Below, piece after piece: positions 13,481 to 26,845 of a stretch of 64,000 nt of DNA (position 1 is its first letter; each line of letters opens with the position of its first letter). Source of the stretch: Octopus vulgaris (Eukaryota); NCBI GenBank assembly GCA_951406725.2, contig OX597814.1, positions 113,274,001-113,338,000 on the forward strand, read 5' to 3'. Position numbers and translations under genes: made by a program. The notes beneath the pieces were generated by a model. The model had not been told where the DNA came from. It did not search any database and saw only the letters and a program-made list of their open reading frames with translations.

Positions 13481-13649
13481 ATATAAATTAAAATTTTATT
13501 GTATTTTTAGTACAGAAATATATACATCCGTGTGTATTGAACATGTCTGCATTGAGTTTATAAAATGAAGGACGTGAAGAGAATTGAATATAGTGATCCT
13601 TCGACTAGCGCGGGTGTTACGTTCCAAAACCCCAGGCAATAGATGTATG

Positions 13650-13680
<31 letters not shown>

Positions 13681-14142
13681 GTATGTATGTATGTATGTAT
13701 GTATGTATGTACGTGCGTATGTGTGTGTGTATCTATGTGTGTATATATGTTATGTCAAGTGACTCTTGGTGTTATTGGTGACATGTAACCGTAGAACAAC
13801 CTGTCGCATGATCAGGCCGTCAGCGTCTAAACCGGCAACACTACCAGACCTGATTGGTAAAGGAATGTGGAGACTGTTTAAACACCCGGTCGGTCGAAAA
13901 ACAAAACCTGTTCAGGACCAATGAACTAAGATGAGTCAACTGCTATTTAATTGCTGCGTGTCAGAGGCCCCTTGTCGTTGTTTAGACATCCCTGTAGAAG
14001 GAGGAGATTCAGTTATAACACCCACCTCACCGCTAAGCTGGAGTTTTAGCTCCCCGACCTATGATGTTGATGATTAAATTATAGGAATAATAAAGTATAG
14101 CAAATCATCAAAATAGCATAAAAAAAAGTAAAATAGAACAGT

Positions 14143-14215
14143 GGGCTCGTCCAGGATTTGAACCCCGGACCACTCGCATCCTAAGCGAAAAATCATTCCC
14201 CTACATCAACCAGCC
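14143..14215 (-). pseudogene. Degenerate tRNA-Pro(AGG)
   Basis: Reverse-complement match with many substitutions; copies at 35818-35889 and 42929-43000. Confidence 0.8.
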
Positions 14216-14282
14216 AACTTCGAACAGACGGGAAAATCTCGGGAAAATATATAATTGTGAACTCTGATACACAACTTATATA

Positions 14283-14787
14283 TCTATATATATAAAACTC
14301 TAGTTGTGTGAGTGTCTGTCCCCTTCGATTTAGATTCCTAACTCCTCCCACATTTTGCGGTGCAGTTTAACCAAAACCGGGTATCTTATAGTCGTGATTC
14401 ATATCGAGCCCGTCTGACTATTAGCGCGCGTCAACGATGAGTCTACGATTTTAAAAATAATTTAACATCATTTTTTATTCCATTTTAATGCATAAAATGC
14501 ATCGTGTGTCGATGGCAGCGGAGTTGGCGTCCACGCTCACAGCTGCACCTGTTTGCTTCTCCCCTTCCCTCCCTCGTGAAGCTGTGGGGAAGGGAGTGTA
14601 AAGAAATCAACGTCGTAATGCGTTGTGAAGGAAACCAGCGTTCTTTTAGAACAACGACTTCATGGCTTGAAGACACCAAAACAAAAATGGCTAAGAAAGC
14701 CCGAATTTATAAGGGAAGTAACTCTCTAAAAATGCTTATATAGTTATTTCCCTTACAAACCCGAGCAACGCCGGGCGATACTGCTAG
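14283..14787 (+). mobile_element. Non-autonomous Helitron
   Basis: 5' TC, 3' hairpin CCCGAGCAACGCCGGG then CTAG, inserted between A and T without TSD; empty sites near 35955 and 43065. Confidence 0.9.
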
Positions 14788-14922
14788 TGTTGTATAAAAC
14801 ACTCCCTGTTCAGACGTCAGCTGTGACTGAAATTACAGAAATAGTTAATGAATAGATAAAAGAAAGTGAATATTTACCTTTTAAAAATAAATACACCAAT
14901 TTAAGTTGACTGCTTGGCGTAT

Positions 14923-14994
14923 GGCTCGTTGGTCTAGGGGTATGATTCTCGCTTTGGGTGCGAGAGGTCCCGGGTTCGAATCCCGGACGAGCCC
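14923..14994 (+). tRNA. tRNA-Pro(TGG), intact
   Basis: Perfect 72-nt match, long T-run downstream. Confidence 0.95.
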
Positions 14995-15737
14995 ATAAGT
15001 GTACTTTTTTTTTATATAATATGTAAATATTGTGCTGCATTTGCTCCACTCATTTGTAGTGCAGAAATGTAAATCGGAATGAAAGCACTCAGCCGTAATA
15101 TGCGTCGATACAAACTCGCAGCGCCTGCCGTTTCCGGTTTCTGTTGCTGAAGAGAGATAATCAATCCGAAGTGCATCTATCCTCCAGTCGGATTGGGAAC
15201 GCTGCGAATTGACTTACGGGTTCCAATACATGCTTCAAGTTTCTATTTACACACGTCACTGTATTTTATTTATAGTGAACCAGTGAATAGCGCAACTAAT
15301 CGTTGAACGATGGCGGGAATATGGATCTGTCGGTGGTGTGAGGTGGCAGCATCTGACCTTCCGATATCTGGTACTGACGTTATTCCAGGGACAAGGGAAA
15401 GGTCGATATAGCTTGGCACCAGTGACCTCGCAACCCATTTCTACAGCTGAGTTAACCGGAGCAACGTGAAGTAAAGAGGTGAATTTTAAAACAACTTTTC
15501 TTTGTCAATTTAGGTATAAAATCGTTGCAAGGTTCGTCTGGTTGACAGAAGTCTGTCAACCAGACGAACCTTTCATCATTTCAATGGAAGGAGTCATGTT
15601 TGGAAACAACATACAGAAAATGGAAAATAAATGTTTTCACAACTTCCACCAGCCATCACGGTTACAACTGGTCGGAATTGTCGACACAGAAAATACATTT
15701 AAAGAAATTTAATAAATTGAGAACCGTTACCAGAATT

Positions 15738-15807
15738 GGCTCGTTGGTGTAAGGATATGATTCTCATTTCAGGTGCGAAGTCCATGAATTCGAATCCCCG
15801 GCGAGTA
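15738..15807 (+). pseudogene. Degenerate tRNA-Pro
   Basis: GGCTCGTTGG...TTCGAATCCC skeleton retained. Confidence 0.65.
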
Positions 15808-16149
15808 CATGTCTGTTTTTATACAATGTTTTGTTCTTTTCATCTTTCATCTCATGGTTCTCTCGTTTTATTCTCTCAACTTTTGTATTTAACATGAAAT
15901 CAATGTCTGTATACAGCAATCCAAATCCTTCTTTCTTTTTCTGTTTCGCACAAAACAGCCCATCACAATTTTCGGCTGCGTGAGGCCCCGTGTTTGGATC
16001 TAGTCTGATCGCAGTCCAACGGCTAAAACAAGTAAAAGACGATAGATAAAAGAATAGGCTTTATAATAAATTCGACAAGGATATAGATATGGACGGCAGT
16101 TTTTAACGTGAACAAAGCGAGTATTTGTAGTCATTTAAAAAAAATAATA

Positions 16150-16208
16150 GCGCTCATCCGGGATCTCTCGCACCCTAAGCGAAAATTATAACCCTAGACT
16201 AACCAGCC
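16150..16208 (-). pseudogene. Degenerate tRNA-Pro(AGG) with 13-nt T-arm deletion
   Basis: CCGGGAT|CTCTCGCACCCTAAGC on the + strand. Confidence 0.8.
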
Positions 16209-16731
16209 AACTTGCTGTCTGTGCATTTGAACCACATATTTGATGGTTTCAATTCTTAAACCGCGTGGAACGTTGTGTTCCTGAGTAAATCACTTCGACA
16301 CCTGACGCGTGCTACATTGTGCACCTGTTCAGGCAACGTCGATTTGAAGGAAGGACAGAGCCAATGTACAGGTCAGACCTTGCATCACCATAAACAAATC
16401 ATCTGTGAAGGTCGTTCAGTAAAAGCTCATCACTCATACGTTGTCTTAAATATATATCTACCCGCAATTTGTTAAAAATAAATAACGAAACAATAGGGAC
16501 ATACCGGTGCGTGAGACTTGGTGGTCTACCAGTATGATTCTGTTTTCGGGGGCGACAGGCCGCGGATTCGTGTTCAGTACCATCTGAACTTTTTGTCGCT
16601 TCACTTTCATTCACATTTCATAAATAAAATGTAAAGCATCCGAAGAATCTAGTGGTGATCCTGTCGTTAAAATGGAGTATAAACACTTGAAACGGTGTTG
16701 CCTACCTGACCCATAGCATTTATTGCAATGT

Positions 16732-17057
16732 AAGGTGGCGAGCTGGCAGAATCTTTAGCACGCCGGGCGAAATGCTTAGCGGTATTTCGTCTGCCGCTAC
16801 GTTCTGAGTTCAAATTCCGCCGAGGTCGACTTTGCCTTTCATCCTTTCGGTGTCGATTAAATAAGTACCAGTTACGCACTGGGGTTGATATAATCGGCTT
16901 AATCCGTTTGTCTGTCCTTGTTTGTCCCCTCTGTGTCGATTAATAAGTACCAGTTACGCACTGGGGTTGATATAATCGGCTTAATCCGTTTGTCTGTCCT
17001 TGTTTGTCCCCTCTGTGTTTAGCCCCTTGTGGGCAGTAAAGAAATAGGTATTTCGTC
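16732..17057 (+). mobile_element. SINE family B with internal ~80-bp duplication
   Basis: GGCGAGCTGGCAGAATC...GAGTTCAAATTCC...GCCTTTCATCCTTTCGG; relatives at ~1011, 3480, 5725, 17322, 19711, 22919(-), 24926. Confidence 0.85.
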
Positions 17058-17213
17058 CTTTGTAAACCAAGTTTACAAAGAATAATTCCAGGGAGTCGAT
17101 TTCTTCGACTAAAAGTCGGTGTTCAAAATGATTGTAACAAGTTGAATGGATAAAAGAAAAAGAATAAGAGAATAATTCAAGCCATTAAAAAAAAAAAAAA
17201 CGAAACGAAAATT

Positions 17214-17285
17214 GGGCTCGTCCGGGATTTGAACGCGGGACCTCTCGCACCCTAAGCGAGAATCATACCCCTAGACCAACGAGCC
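17214..17285 (-). tRNA. tRNA-Pro(AGG), one T-stem mismatch
   Basis: Reverse-complement 72-nt match. Confidence 0.85.
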
Positions 17286-17855
17286 AACTGACGAAAGCGA
17301 ATGCTTTTACAATGTATAAAAGGCTTAGCGGTATTTCGTCCGGCTTGACGTTCTAAATTCAAATTCTGCCGAGGTCGACTTTGCCTTTCATCTTTTCGTG
17401 GTTGATAAAATAAGTACCAGTTGAGCACTGGTGTCGATGCAATCAACTTAGCCTTCTCCCGAAACTGCTGGCCTGGTGCTAAAAATTTGATGCCAATATC
17501 TTTTCACTGACAGTTTAACCAGTGTTAAAACTGTATCGGTTTGTCTACTTACCACACAGCCACTCCTAAGTACAGGGGTCGATTTGTTTGGCTAAAAAGT
17601 CTTCAAAGCGGTGCCCCAGCGTGGCCGCATTCTATTAACTAAAGCAAATAAAAAGTAGAAAAATAAAAGATAAGCTGCAGATCTTGCATAATACTTTTAT
17701 GACGGATTAATAATTACAACAAACCGATCATAGAACATTGCAGTCTATCACAAATGATGCGTTCTTTAGATTAAACTAGATGGACATGAGAGCGAGTGGG
17801 ATTTCAGAGCTTTCAGTTTTAGTGTTCATTGTAAAAGCCTTCATCGTCATCAGTT

Positions 17856-17927
17856 GGCTCGTTGGTCTAGGGGTATGATTTTCGCTTAGGGTGCGAGAGG
17901 TCCCGGGTTCGAATCCCGGACGAGCCC
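17856..17927 (+). tRNA. tRNA-Pro(AGG), intact
   Basis: Perfect match, T7 terminator. Confidence 0.95.
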
Positions 17928-18109
17928 AATCTTTTTTTCTTTTTTATAAAAATTTATTTATTAAATGACTTGATATACTCCTGTAGTGTATATCCTTGTA
18001 TTCTTGTCTGAGTTTATATCCCTCTTGAATTTACAATTTTAAAAAATTATCTTTTATTTGTTAGTCATTTTTTTAATGGCTTGGATTACTCTGTTCTTCT
18101 TTTACATTC

Positions 18110-18384
18110 TTTTATCCTTTTAACTTGCTTCAGTCATTTTGGCTGGGGTCATGCCGGAGTACCGCCTTTTAGTCGAAGAAATCGACCTCCTGGAGTTGTT
18201 CTTTGTAAACCTGGTACTTATTCTGTCGGTCTCTTTTTGCCGAACTGGTAAGTTACAGGGATGTAAACACACCAACATCCGTTGTCAAGCGGGGGTGGTG
18301 GTGGAAGACAAACACAGATACAAACACAAATATATACATACATATGTATACACACACACACACACATACACACACACACACACT

Positions 18385-18431
<47 letters not shown>

Positions 18432-18582
18432 GACGAGCTTCTTTCAGTTTCCGTTTACCAAATCCACTCCCAAGGCTTTGTCGGCCCGAGGCTATAGTAG
18501 AAGACACTTGCTCAAGGTGCCACGCAGTGGGAATGAACCCGGAACCAAGCAAGCTTCTTACCGCAAAGTCACGCTAGCGCCT
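18110..18582 (-). mobile_element. SINE family A
   Basis: Reverse-complement match to consensus. Confidence 0.82.
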
Positions 18583-19111
18583 ATTCATGTTAAAACTCCC
18601 GCCCGTTTCTAGATCCTTGTAGAATTTACGATAAAGCCTATTCTTTTATTTTTCGTCTTTTAATTGCTTTAGCCACTGGACTGCGATCATGCTGGAGCAC
18701 TGAAGGGTGTAGTCGAATGAATCCACTGTACTTATTTTTAGTGTCTAATATTTATTTTATCGGTTTTCTTTCACCGAACCGCTATATCACGGCGAAGTAA
18801 ACAAACCAACAACAACTGTCAAGCGATAGAATGTTGGCGCCAAAGGCAAACACATACATACTCCCACGCATATGCGCACACACACTCACACTCACACATA
18901 CACCCACAAAAACAAAGAGATAGAGAGGGACAGAGAGAGAGGGGGGAGAGAGAGAAAGGAGGAGAGAGAGACAGAGAGACAGAGAGAAGTACAACAGCTA
19001 CACACCAGGCTATTATTATAGAAGATACTTGTTTAAGTGCCACTCCAGGAGACTGAACACGCCACTACATCGTTACAATTACTAGATAATTTTCATTTTA
19101 GGTTGTCAGTT

Positions 19112-19183
19112 GGCTCGTTGGTCTAGGGGTATGATTTTCGCTTAGGGTGCGAGAGGTCCCGGGTTCGAATCCCGGACGAGCCC
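19112..19183 (+). tRNA. tRNA-Pro(AGG), intact
   Basis: Perfect match; duplicate of 414-485. Confidence 0.95.
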
Positions 19184-19590
19184 ATTAATTTTGTGGGTTT
19201 TTTTTACTTACACTTCTGATACTATACTTTTTAAAACTTTGTTTTTTATTTCCCTAACCCAAATTTGAATTCTGTATATTTTTATGAGTTACTTTCACCT
19301 TGAAACTTTTTTGCAAAGATTTTTCAACATAGGCGTAGGCGTGACTGTTTGGAAGAAGCTTTCTTCCCAACCACATGGTTCTGGGTTCAGTTCCACTGCG
19401 TGGTACCTTGGACAAATGTCTTCTACTATAGCCTCGAGCCGACTAAAGCCTTGTGAGTGGATTTGGTTGACGGAAGCTGAAAGAAGCACGTCATATATAT
19501 ATATATAAAACGTTTCTGCCAGCTCGCCGCCTTAAAGAGAAAATATAATGGGAGAACCATGAGATAAAACGTATCGTCTATAACAAACGT

Positions 19591-19656
19591 AGGCTCATCC
19601 GGGATTCGAACCCAAGACCTCTCGCACCGAGAACCATACCTTTAGATCAACGAGTC
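19591..19656 (-). pseudogene. tRNA-Pro pseudogene, anticodon loop deleted
   Basis: Duplicate of 891-956. Confidence 0.8.
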
Positions 19657-21254
19657 AATTACCAGCGTTGCTTCCGTTACCTTTATTTGAAGATACTATC
19701 TGTATCGATAAGGCGGCGAGATAGCAGAATCGTTAGCACACCGGGTTAGCGGTATTTCGTTTGTCTTTACGTTCTGAGTTCAAATACCGCCGAGGTCAAC
19801 TTTGCTTTTCATACTTTAGACAAGAAAGTTAATGATTCCTACTGAAGGTTTTTGATTTGAGACCGGATATGTAAGTTGAATATTCAGACAGGAAAGAAAA
19901 TAGAAAAACAAAAAACATGATATGAACATTATTTAATGAAAACGACGAGGATCTCTCGCACTTAAAGCAAGAATAATGCCCCTACTTTTAGCGATGTCGG
20001 CCGCTTAAATTTCTTTCGATATATTTTCACGGAGTTTTAGCCAGTGTTAAAAACTATATCGGTTTGATTGATTTTTCGGTCTGGCATTCGGTATTTGGCT
20101 ACCTCTTTCTGGTGATCCGCAATATGGTAAAATCACGTGATACAACAGTGCCACCTACCGGTGCTGATGAAATATCGTCTACCGATATACTTTATTCTTT
20201 TATTTGACTGCGGCCATGCTGGAGCACCGCCTTTAGTCGAACAAATCGACTTATTTTTTGTAAGCCTAGTACTTATTCCACCTGTCTCTTCAGCCGAACC
20301 GCTAAGTTACGGGGGCGTAAACACACCAGCATTGGTTGTCACAGACACAGACACAGACAGACAGACAGACACACACACACACACACGATGGGTTTCTTTC
20401 AGTTTCCGTCTACCAAATCCACTTACAAAGCTTTGGTCGGCCCGAGGCCATATTAGAAACACATGTGGTTGGCAAGCAAGCTACTTACCACACAACCACT
20501 CCTATTGTTTGAGCTTTTAACCATTTAGCACTTAAATTGGCCACATCCGGCCCAAGTCTTTTACCTGGCCAGATCTGACCTCTCACACCTAACCTGCAAT
20601 GCCATTATAGAAATAGACATTCACATCTTTGAAATCCCAAACTTACGGATAATATATTAATTTTAACAGCAAATTTAAATAAACAGATATTACTTTTAAC
20701 AAAATGATCTGAATACTAGAGTTAAGCACTTGTCTGCGCGAGGTAATTTCTCGGGATGTTTATCAGAGCCAACAGCGTTATAAACAATGCCTGGGTGTTA
20801 GGTTGGATGCGCTAATTAATATCTGTTACGAAAGATTCCGGTCAAACTAAAGCGTTTGACCCGAGCAAAAAAAACAAGAGAAAAATAGTGTAATAAGTGT
20901 AAAACTACTTGCTCTATAGGAATATGACAAAAAAAAAACGCGCGCTCGCGAATGTGGGTTGGAGAAAGGACTTGGAAAATTCACATCGTGAATGTTCCGA
21001 GCCGCCTCACCAGATCCAAGAAACAAGAAAAAAATGGTGTAATAGGTGCAAAACTACTTGCTCTATACGAATATGACAAAAAACAAAAAAAAAATGCGCG
21101 CTCGCGAAAGGGGGTTGGGGGTGGGGGAGAGGTTTCGGAAAATCCACATCGTCAAACCATGGCCTTTAAATTATAGTGTTTGACCCGAGCTGCAAAAAAA
21201 TTGTTTAAATAGTGTAATTGGTGTAAAACTACTTGTTCTAAGCGATTATCAAGA

Positions 21255-21346
<92 letters not shown>

Positions 21347-21939
21347 ACACACACACCGAGTCCTCTCCCCCAACCCCCTTTCGCGAGCGCGCATTTTTTT
21401 GGTCATATTCGTATAGAGCAAGTTGTTTTACACCTATTACACTGTTTTTCTTTTTTTTTTTTTTGCTCGGGTCAAACGCTTTAGTTTGACTAAGATTCCT
21501 CTGTCGCTAACCGCTAATATATATTTTTTTTTTCCGCGCTGATAATTCCAACAATGACTGAATGAAATGTCTGCAAATATTGTAAAAAAAGTATTTCTTT
21601 CCTTTCTAGTATTATGTTTTCAAATACATCTCGTTCTATCGAATCGATGAAACGTTTGTCTGGTTTAAACTCATATCCGCTCTCCAGTGCAGGGTCTATC
21701 AATGCGAACTGAGACTTTAGACCTTGAACAATGAATTATTAATTAGCCATAGATCATACATAAGACCATGATTAGTTAATAATTAGAATTAACAGATAAG
21801 AGAAGATTGCAGTCTGGCATAGATAACGTGTCCCGTTTTATTAAAATATCAAGTCATATAGTGAAATAGACACATATGAAAGTAAGTTGGATTTGAGAGG
21901 TTAGTATCTATAGTTTAGTTTCAAGTACGTTTATCAGTT

Positions 21940-22011
21940 GGTTCGTTGGTCTAGGGGTATGATTTTCGCTTAGGGTTCGAGAGGTCCGGGGTTCGAATCC
22001 CGGACGAGCCC
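21940..22011 (+). pseudogene. tRNA-Pro(AGG) variant with 3 stem substitutions
   Basis: Duplicate of the intact gene at 3217. Confidence 0.75.
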
Positions 22012-22843
22012 AATAATTTTCTTCATTTACACTTCTGATATACTTTTTAAAACATCATTTTCATTTCTGTAACTTAATTTAAATTTTAGTAAATTGAACG
22101 AGTTTGTGTTTTTGATATTTCGGATGTTTCGAGGAAAGCGAACAGGCAGAATCGTTATCACGCCGGACGAAGTGCTTAGCAGCATTTTGCCGTCTTTACG
22201 TTCTGAGGTGAAATTCTTTCACCCTTTCATCCTTTCGGGGCTGAAATAGCTGGGAGTTGAGCGCATGAGTCGATGTAATCTAACCCTTTCGCCCAGAACG
22301 TCGAACCTTGTGCCTATAGTAGACAGGACATTTCCGATGTTTCAGAATATCTCCGGTTATTAATGAATAAAATAATTAACCGGTACTCATTTGTATTTTG
22401 AACCTGAGACATTTCGCATCCGAGAAGAAAGCCACACCTCTGAACCAATGGTTCTTAACCGGAGTCCATATAAGAGTTTAGTGGGTCCACAAATGCAAAA
22501 TAAAAATTGTGTCCACAATATTATTTCATTGGCTCGTGGAACGATTTTGCTGTGGATGTCTTCATTGCAAGAAACCAGCATGTTTCTCTCTTTGATGTTT
22601 CACATAGTTCAACTGAAATGGTTCCGCCAAACTGAATATGCGACCAGCAAAATAATAATTTTGAAAGCAGCATCTGTAAAATTAACTTTCAAACATCTAA
22701 TGGCCATGGGAATAGTGACCCACCTAAAATAGTAACCGAAGGGGGTCCATAGATAAAAAAAAGTGGTTGAGAACACCTGCTCTAGACAAATGTCTTCTAC
22801 TCTAGCCTCCGGCCGACCAGGAGGATTCGGACGGAAGCCCACC

Positions 22844-22922
<79 letters not shown>

Positions 22923-23126
22923 CCCCAGTGCGTAACTGGTACTTAATTTATCGACCCCGAAAGGATAAAAGCTAAAGTTGACCTCGGCGGAATTTGAACT
23001 CAGAACGTAACGGCAGACGAAATACGGCTACGCATTTCGCCCGGCGTGCTAACGTTTCTGCCAGCTCGCCAAGCTTAAAAATGATTTAGCCCGAAAGTTG
23101 CAGCCATGCTGGGGCACCACCGTTGG

Positions 23127-23199
<73 letters not shown>

Positions 23200-23201
<2 letters not shown>

Positions 23202-23821
23202 GCCCTTGGTAGCACAAACAACATCCCTCACTAGCTATGCTGATGACACAAAGGTAGCACAGGCAATCAAAAACCCAGCTGATGCTGACCTTTTACAACA
23301 AGATCTGGATGCCATATACAAATGGGCTGAAGACAACAACATGCAATTTAATGCTGGTAAATTTCAAGCCTTACAATATCAAGCTGTAAACACATATACA
23401 TTACAACACAACTATACTGGTCCAGGAGGGATCGAAATCCCAGTATCGAAATCAATACGGGACCTGGGGATAGACATGAGTGACGATGCATCTTTTTCTT
23501 CACACATCGCGAAGGTGGCGACAATGTGCAGACGACTCACTGGCTGGATCCTGAGGACATTCCGGACAAGAGACTACGAGACCATGTTGACACTATGGAG
23601 GACATTTGTCCTAAGCCGCCTGGACTACTGCTCCCAACTGTGGTCACCGCATAGTGTCAAACTAACCACAGAGCTTGAGACAATCCAAAGACATTTCACC
23701 AAGAGGATTTCCACCATGAAAGAAAAGAACTATTGGGAGAGGCTTAGGGAACTCAATTTGTACTCCTTGGAACGAAGACGAGAGAGATATGCAGTGATAT
23801 ACATATGGAAAATCCTGGAGG

Positions 23822-23823
<2 letters not shown>
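23200..23823 (+). mobile_element. LINE (CR1/L2-like) reverse transcriptase C-terminal fragment
   Basis: YADDTK, FNAGKF, RDLGI, LDYCSQLWSPH motifs; bounded by (TA)n on both sides. Confidence 0.9.
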
Positions 23824-23863
<40 letters not shown>

Positions 23864-23865
<2 letters not shown>

Positions 23866-24866
23866 TCTTTTACTCTTTTACTTGTTTCAGCCATCCGGCT
23901 GAGGCCATGCTGGGGCACCGCCCTTGTTGCTACCCTCTCTAAGTCCAGTTTGCCGTGGCTGGCCACTGATCTAAGAGAGAGTTTGTAGCTGCTGCCCTTA
24001 GGTTACCTTCGTACCTTGCAGTGGGTTCATCTGGGATCCCGGAAAGCAGCTTGTCTAGATGTTTTTTTGAAAATGTCCACATCCGCATCATGTAGATCTC
24101 TTAGTTTTCTTGGCAGTTTGTTGAACAGCTGAGGGCCCCTGAACCCCAGGCTATTACAGTATCTGCTCCTTACCCTGGATGTGGAAGACGGGACCTTTGG
24201 CACCACACAGTGACATCCTGTACGGGGATTGGAACAGCTCTCAATTCCAAAATTTGGTGCTAGTCCCTCCAGGATTTTCCATATGTACATCACTGCATGT
24301 CTCTCTCGTCTTCGTTCCAAGGAGTACAAATTGAGTTCCCTAAGCCTCTCCCAATAGTTCTTTTCTTTCATGGTGGAAATCCTCTTGGTGAAATGTCTTT
24401 GGATTGTCTCAAGCTCTGTGGTTAGTTTGACACTATGCGGTGACCACAGTTGGGAGCAGTAGTCCAGGCGGCTTAGGACAAATGTCCTCCATAGTGTCAA
24501 CATGGTCTCGCAGTCTCTTGTCCGGAATGTCCTCAGGATCCAGCCAGTGATTCGTCTGCACATTGTCGCCACCTTCGCGATGTGTGAAGAAAAAGATGCA
24601 TCGTCACTCATGTCTATCCCCAGGTCCCGTATTGATTTCGATACTGGGATTTCGATCCCTCCTGGACCAGATAGTTGTGTTGTAATGTATATGTGTTTAC
24701 AGCTTGATATTGTAAGGCTTGAAATTTACCAGCATTAAATTGCATGTTGTTGTCTTCAGCCCATTTGTATATGGCATCCAGATCTTGTTGTAAAAGGTCA
24801 GCATCAGCTGGGTTTTTGATTGCCTGTGCTACCTTTGTGTCATCAGCATAGCTAGTGAGGGATGTT
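23864..24866 (-). mobile_element. 5'-truncated LINE (CR1/L2-like) with RT C-terminus and 3' UTR/tail, frameshifted
   Basis: ORFs 24614-24877 and 24027-24611 carry the same RT motifs; ends in GAAACAAGTAAAAGAGTAAAAGAG. Confidence 0.9.
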
Positions 24867-25150
24867 ATATATACCAACGGTGGTGCCCCAGCATGGCTGC
24901 AACTTTCGGGCTAAATCATTTTTAAGGTTGGCGAGCTGGCAGAAACGTTAGCACGCCGGGCGAAATGCGTAGCCGTATTTCGTCTGCCGTTACGTTCTGA
25001 GTTCAAATTCCGCCGAGGTCAACTTTACCTTTTATCCTTTCGGGGTCGATAAATTAAGTACCAGTTACGCACTGGGGTCGATGTAATCGACTTAATCCGT
25101 TTGTCTGTCCTTGTTTGTCCCCTCTATGTTTAGCCCCTTGTGGGTAGTAA

Positions 25151-25205
<55 letters not shown>

Positions 25206-25487
25206 CGTATCTTATTTCTGTGTTTGTCGTCCGCAACAGCTTGGCAGCCGGTGTTGGTGTTTTTACGGTTGGTCAATAGCAGAAAGGACAAAATACGCCC
25301 CTGATTTCAAAAATAACGAGAATTTGGATTGATGATTCGCTTCACTAAAATTGTAGAAGGTGCTGTCCCAGCATGGCCACAGTCTAATGACTGCAACAAG
25401 CAATAAATAGTGAAATAGATACACATGTGTGCAAGGTGAGTTTCAGAATTTACTATTTGCCGTATATTTTCGAGCTTATTAGTAGTT

Positions 25488-25559
25488 GGCTCGTTGGTCT
25501 AGGGGTATGATTTTCGCTTAGGGTGCGAGAGGTCCCGGGTTCGAATCCCGGACGAGCCC
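25488..25559 (+). tRNA. tRNA-Pro(AGG), intact
   Basis: Perfect 72-nt match. Confidence 0.95.
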
Positions 25560-26799
25560 AACACGGTATTTCCCTTTTTTTCTTTTATATATTTTTGCTA
25601 TTTACATCAAATGCAATACTTTATTTTCCTTATACTTTCATCATTCCTGTTCTTGTCCTTTCGAGGGTCACACAGATTTAGCAACTGTTAGGTAAGGCTA
25701 TCTGCCACTGGATTTGTAATACTGTATTTTTATTATAAACTAGAGATCCATTTCCTCCCCACCCCTCTCTCTACGTACGTACGTATGTATGTATGTATGT
25801 ACGTATGTATGTATGTATGTATGTATATATGTATGTATGTATTTATGTATGTATGTATGTATGTATGTATGTATGTATGTACGTACGTACGTAGTACATA
25901 CATGCATCGTCTGCTTTTCCGTCCTCGTTTCGTATACATTCGATGCTTTTTTCCAAGGAATCTAATGCTATTGACTTAGTTTTTCCTTGGGGTTGGCCAA
26001 ATTGGAGCAATCTCAAGATTAATCAGCCGAAATTGCGAGGATGATCCGGTTCTTGGCTGAAGATAAAAAGCTTCGAATGAGCCGTCCGCATTTTTTTCTT
26101 TGTATCGTCTATCTGGATGTTTTGTTGTCCCTTTTTGTATCACCTAGTTGTCCGGATGTTTTGCGTTCTTTCTCGTTTTGTAACTTATTTTATATATATA
26201 TATAGCGACGTACGTACACTTTGTTCTCTTACATACACACATACATACATACATACATACACACATACATACATACATACATACATACATACATACATAC
26301 ATACATGTATGACTGAACCTGGAACCGTGTGGTTTGGTAAGCAAGCTACGTACCACACAGCCACTCCAAAGCCTATTCACAATTCTGATATTACACTTTT
26401 TAAAACACCGTATGAAACATCTGTAAGTCAATTCCAAATTGGAGATAGTTTTAAGTTTTGAATTCAACTTGCAAGGTTTTGTTGTAAAATCTTTGGCATA
26501 ATTGAACGAGTTTGTGTTTTTGGTATTTCGGATGTTTCGAGAGAAACGAGCTGGCAGAATCGTTGTCACGCCGGACAAAGTGCTTAGCAGCATTTTGTCC
26601 GTCTTTACGTTCTGAGGTGAAATTCTTTCATCCTTTCATCCTTTCAGGGCTAAAATAAGTAAGGGTTGAGCATAGGAGTCGATGTAATCGCCTAACTCTT
26701 TCGCCTATAACGTCGAACCTTGTGCCTATATTATAAAATATATTACTGACACACACACACGCGCGCGCACACGCACACACACACACGCGCGCGCACACG

Positions 26800-26845
<46 letters not shown>

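Larger units (their letters stand above)
1..15528. repeat. Segmental duplication A, copy 1 (runs off the window start)
   Basis: Colinear high similarity with 18700-36699 including SINEs, MITEs and tRNAs. Confidence 0.95.

Noticed and set aside
16512-16585. Possible different tRNA species
   Set aside because: Too degenerate to fold; the residual GGTCTA..GTATGATTC matches tRNA-Pro decay, as do remnants near 1250, 40095 and 46875
23200-24877. Retron-, DGR- or telomerase-like RT system paired with the tRNA array
   Set aside because: Motifs and 3' tail are those of an ordinary truncated non-LTR retrotransposon, and it is absent from the paralogous block
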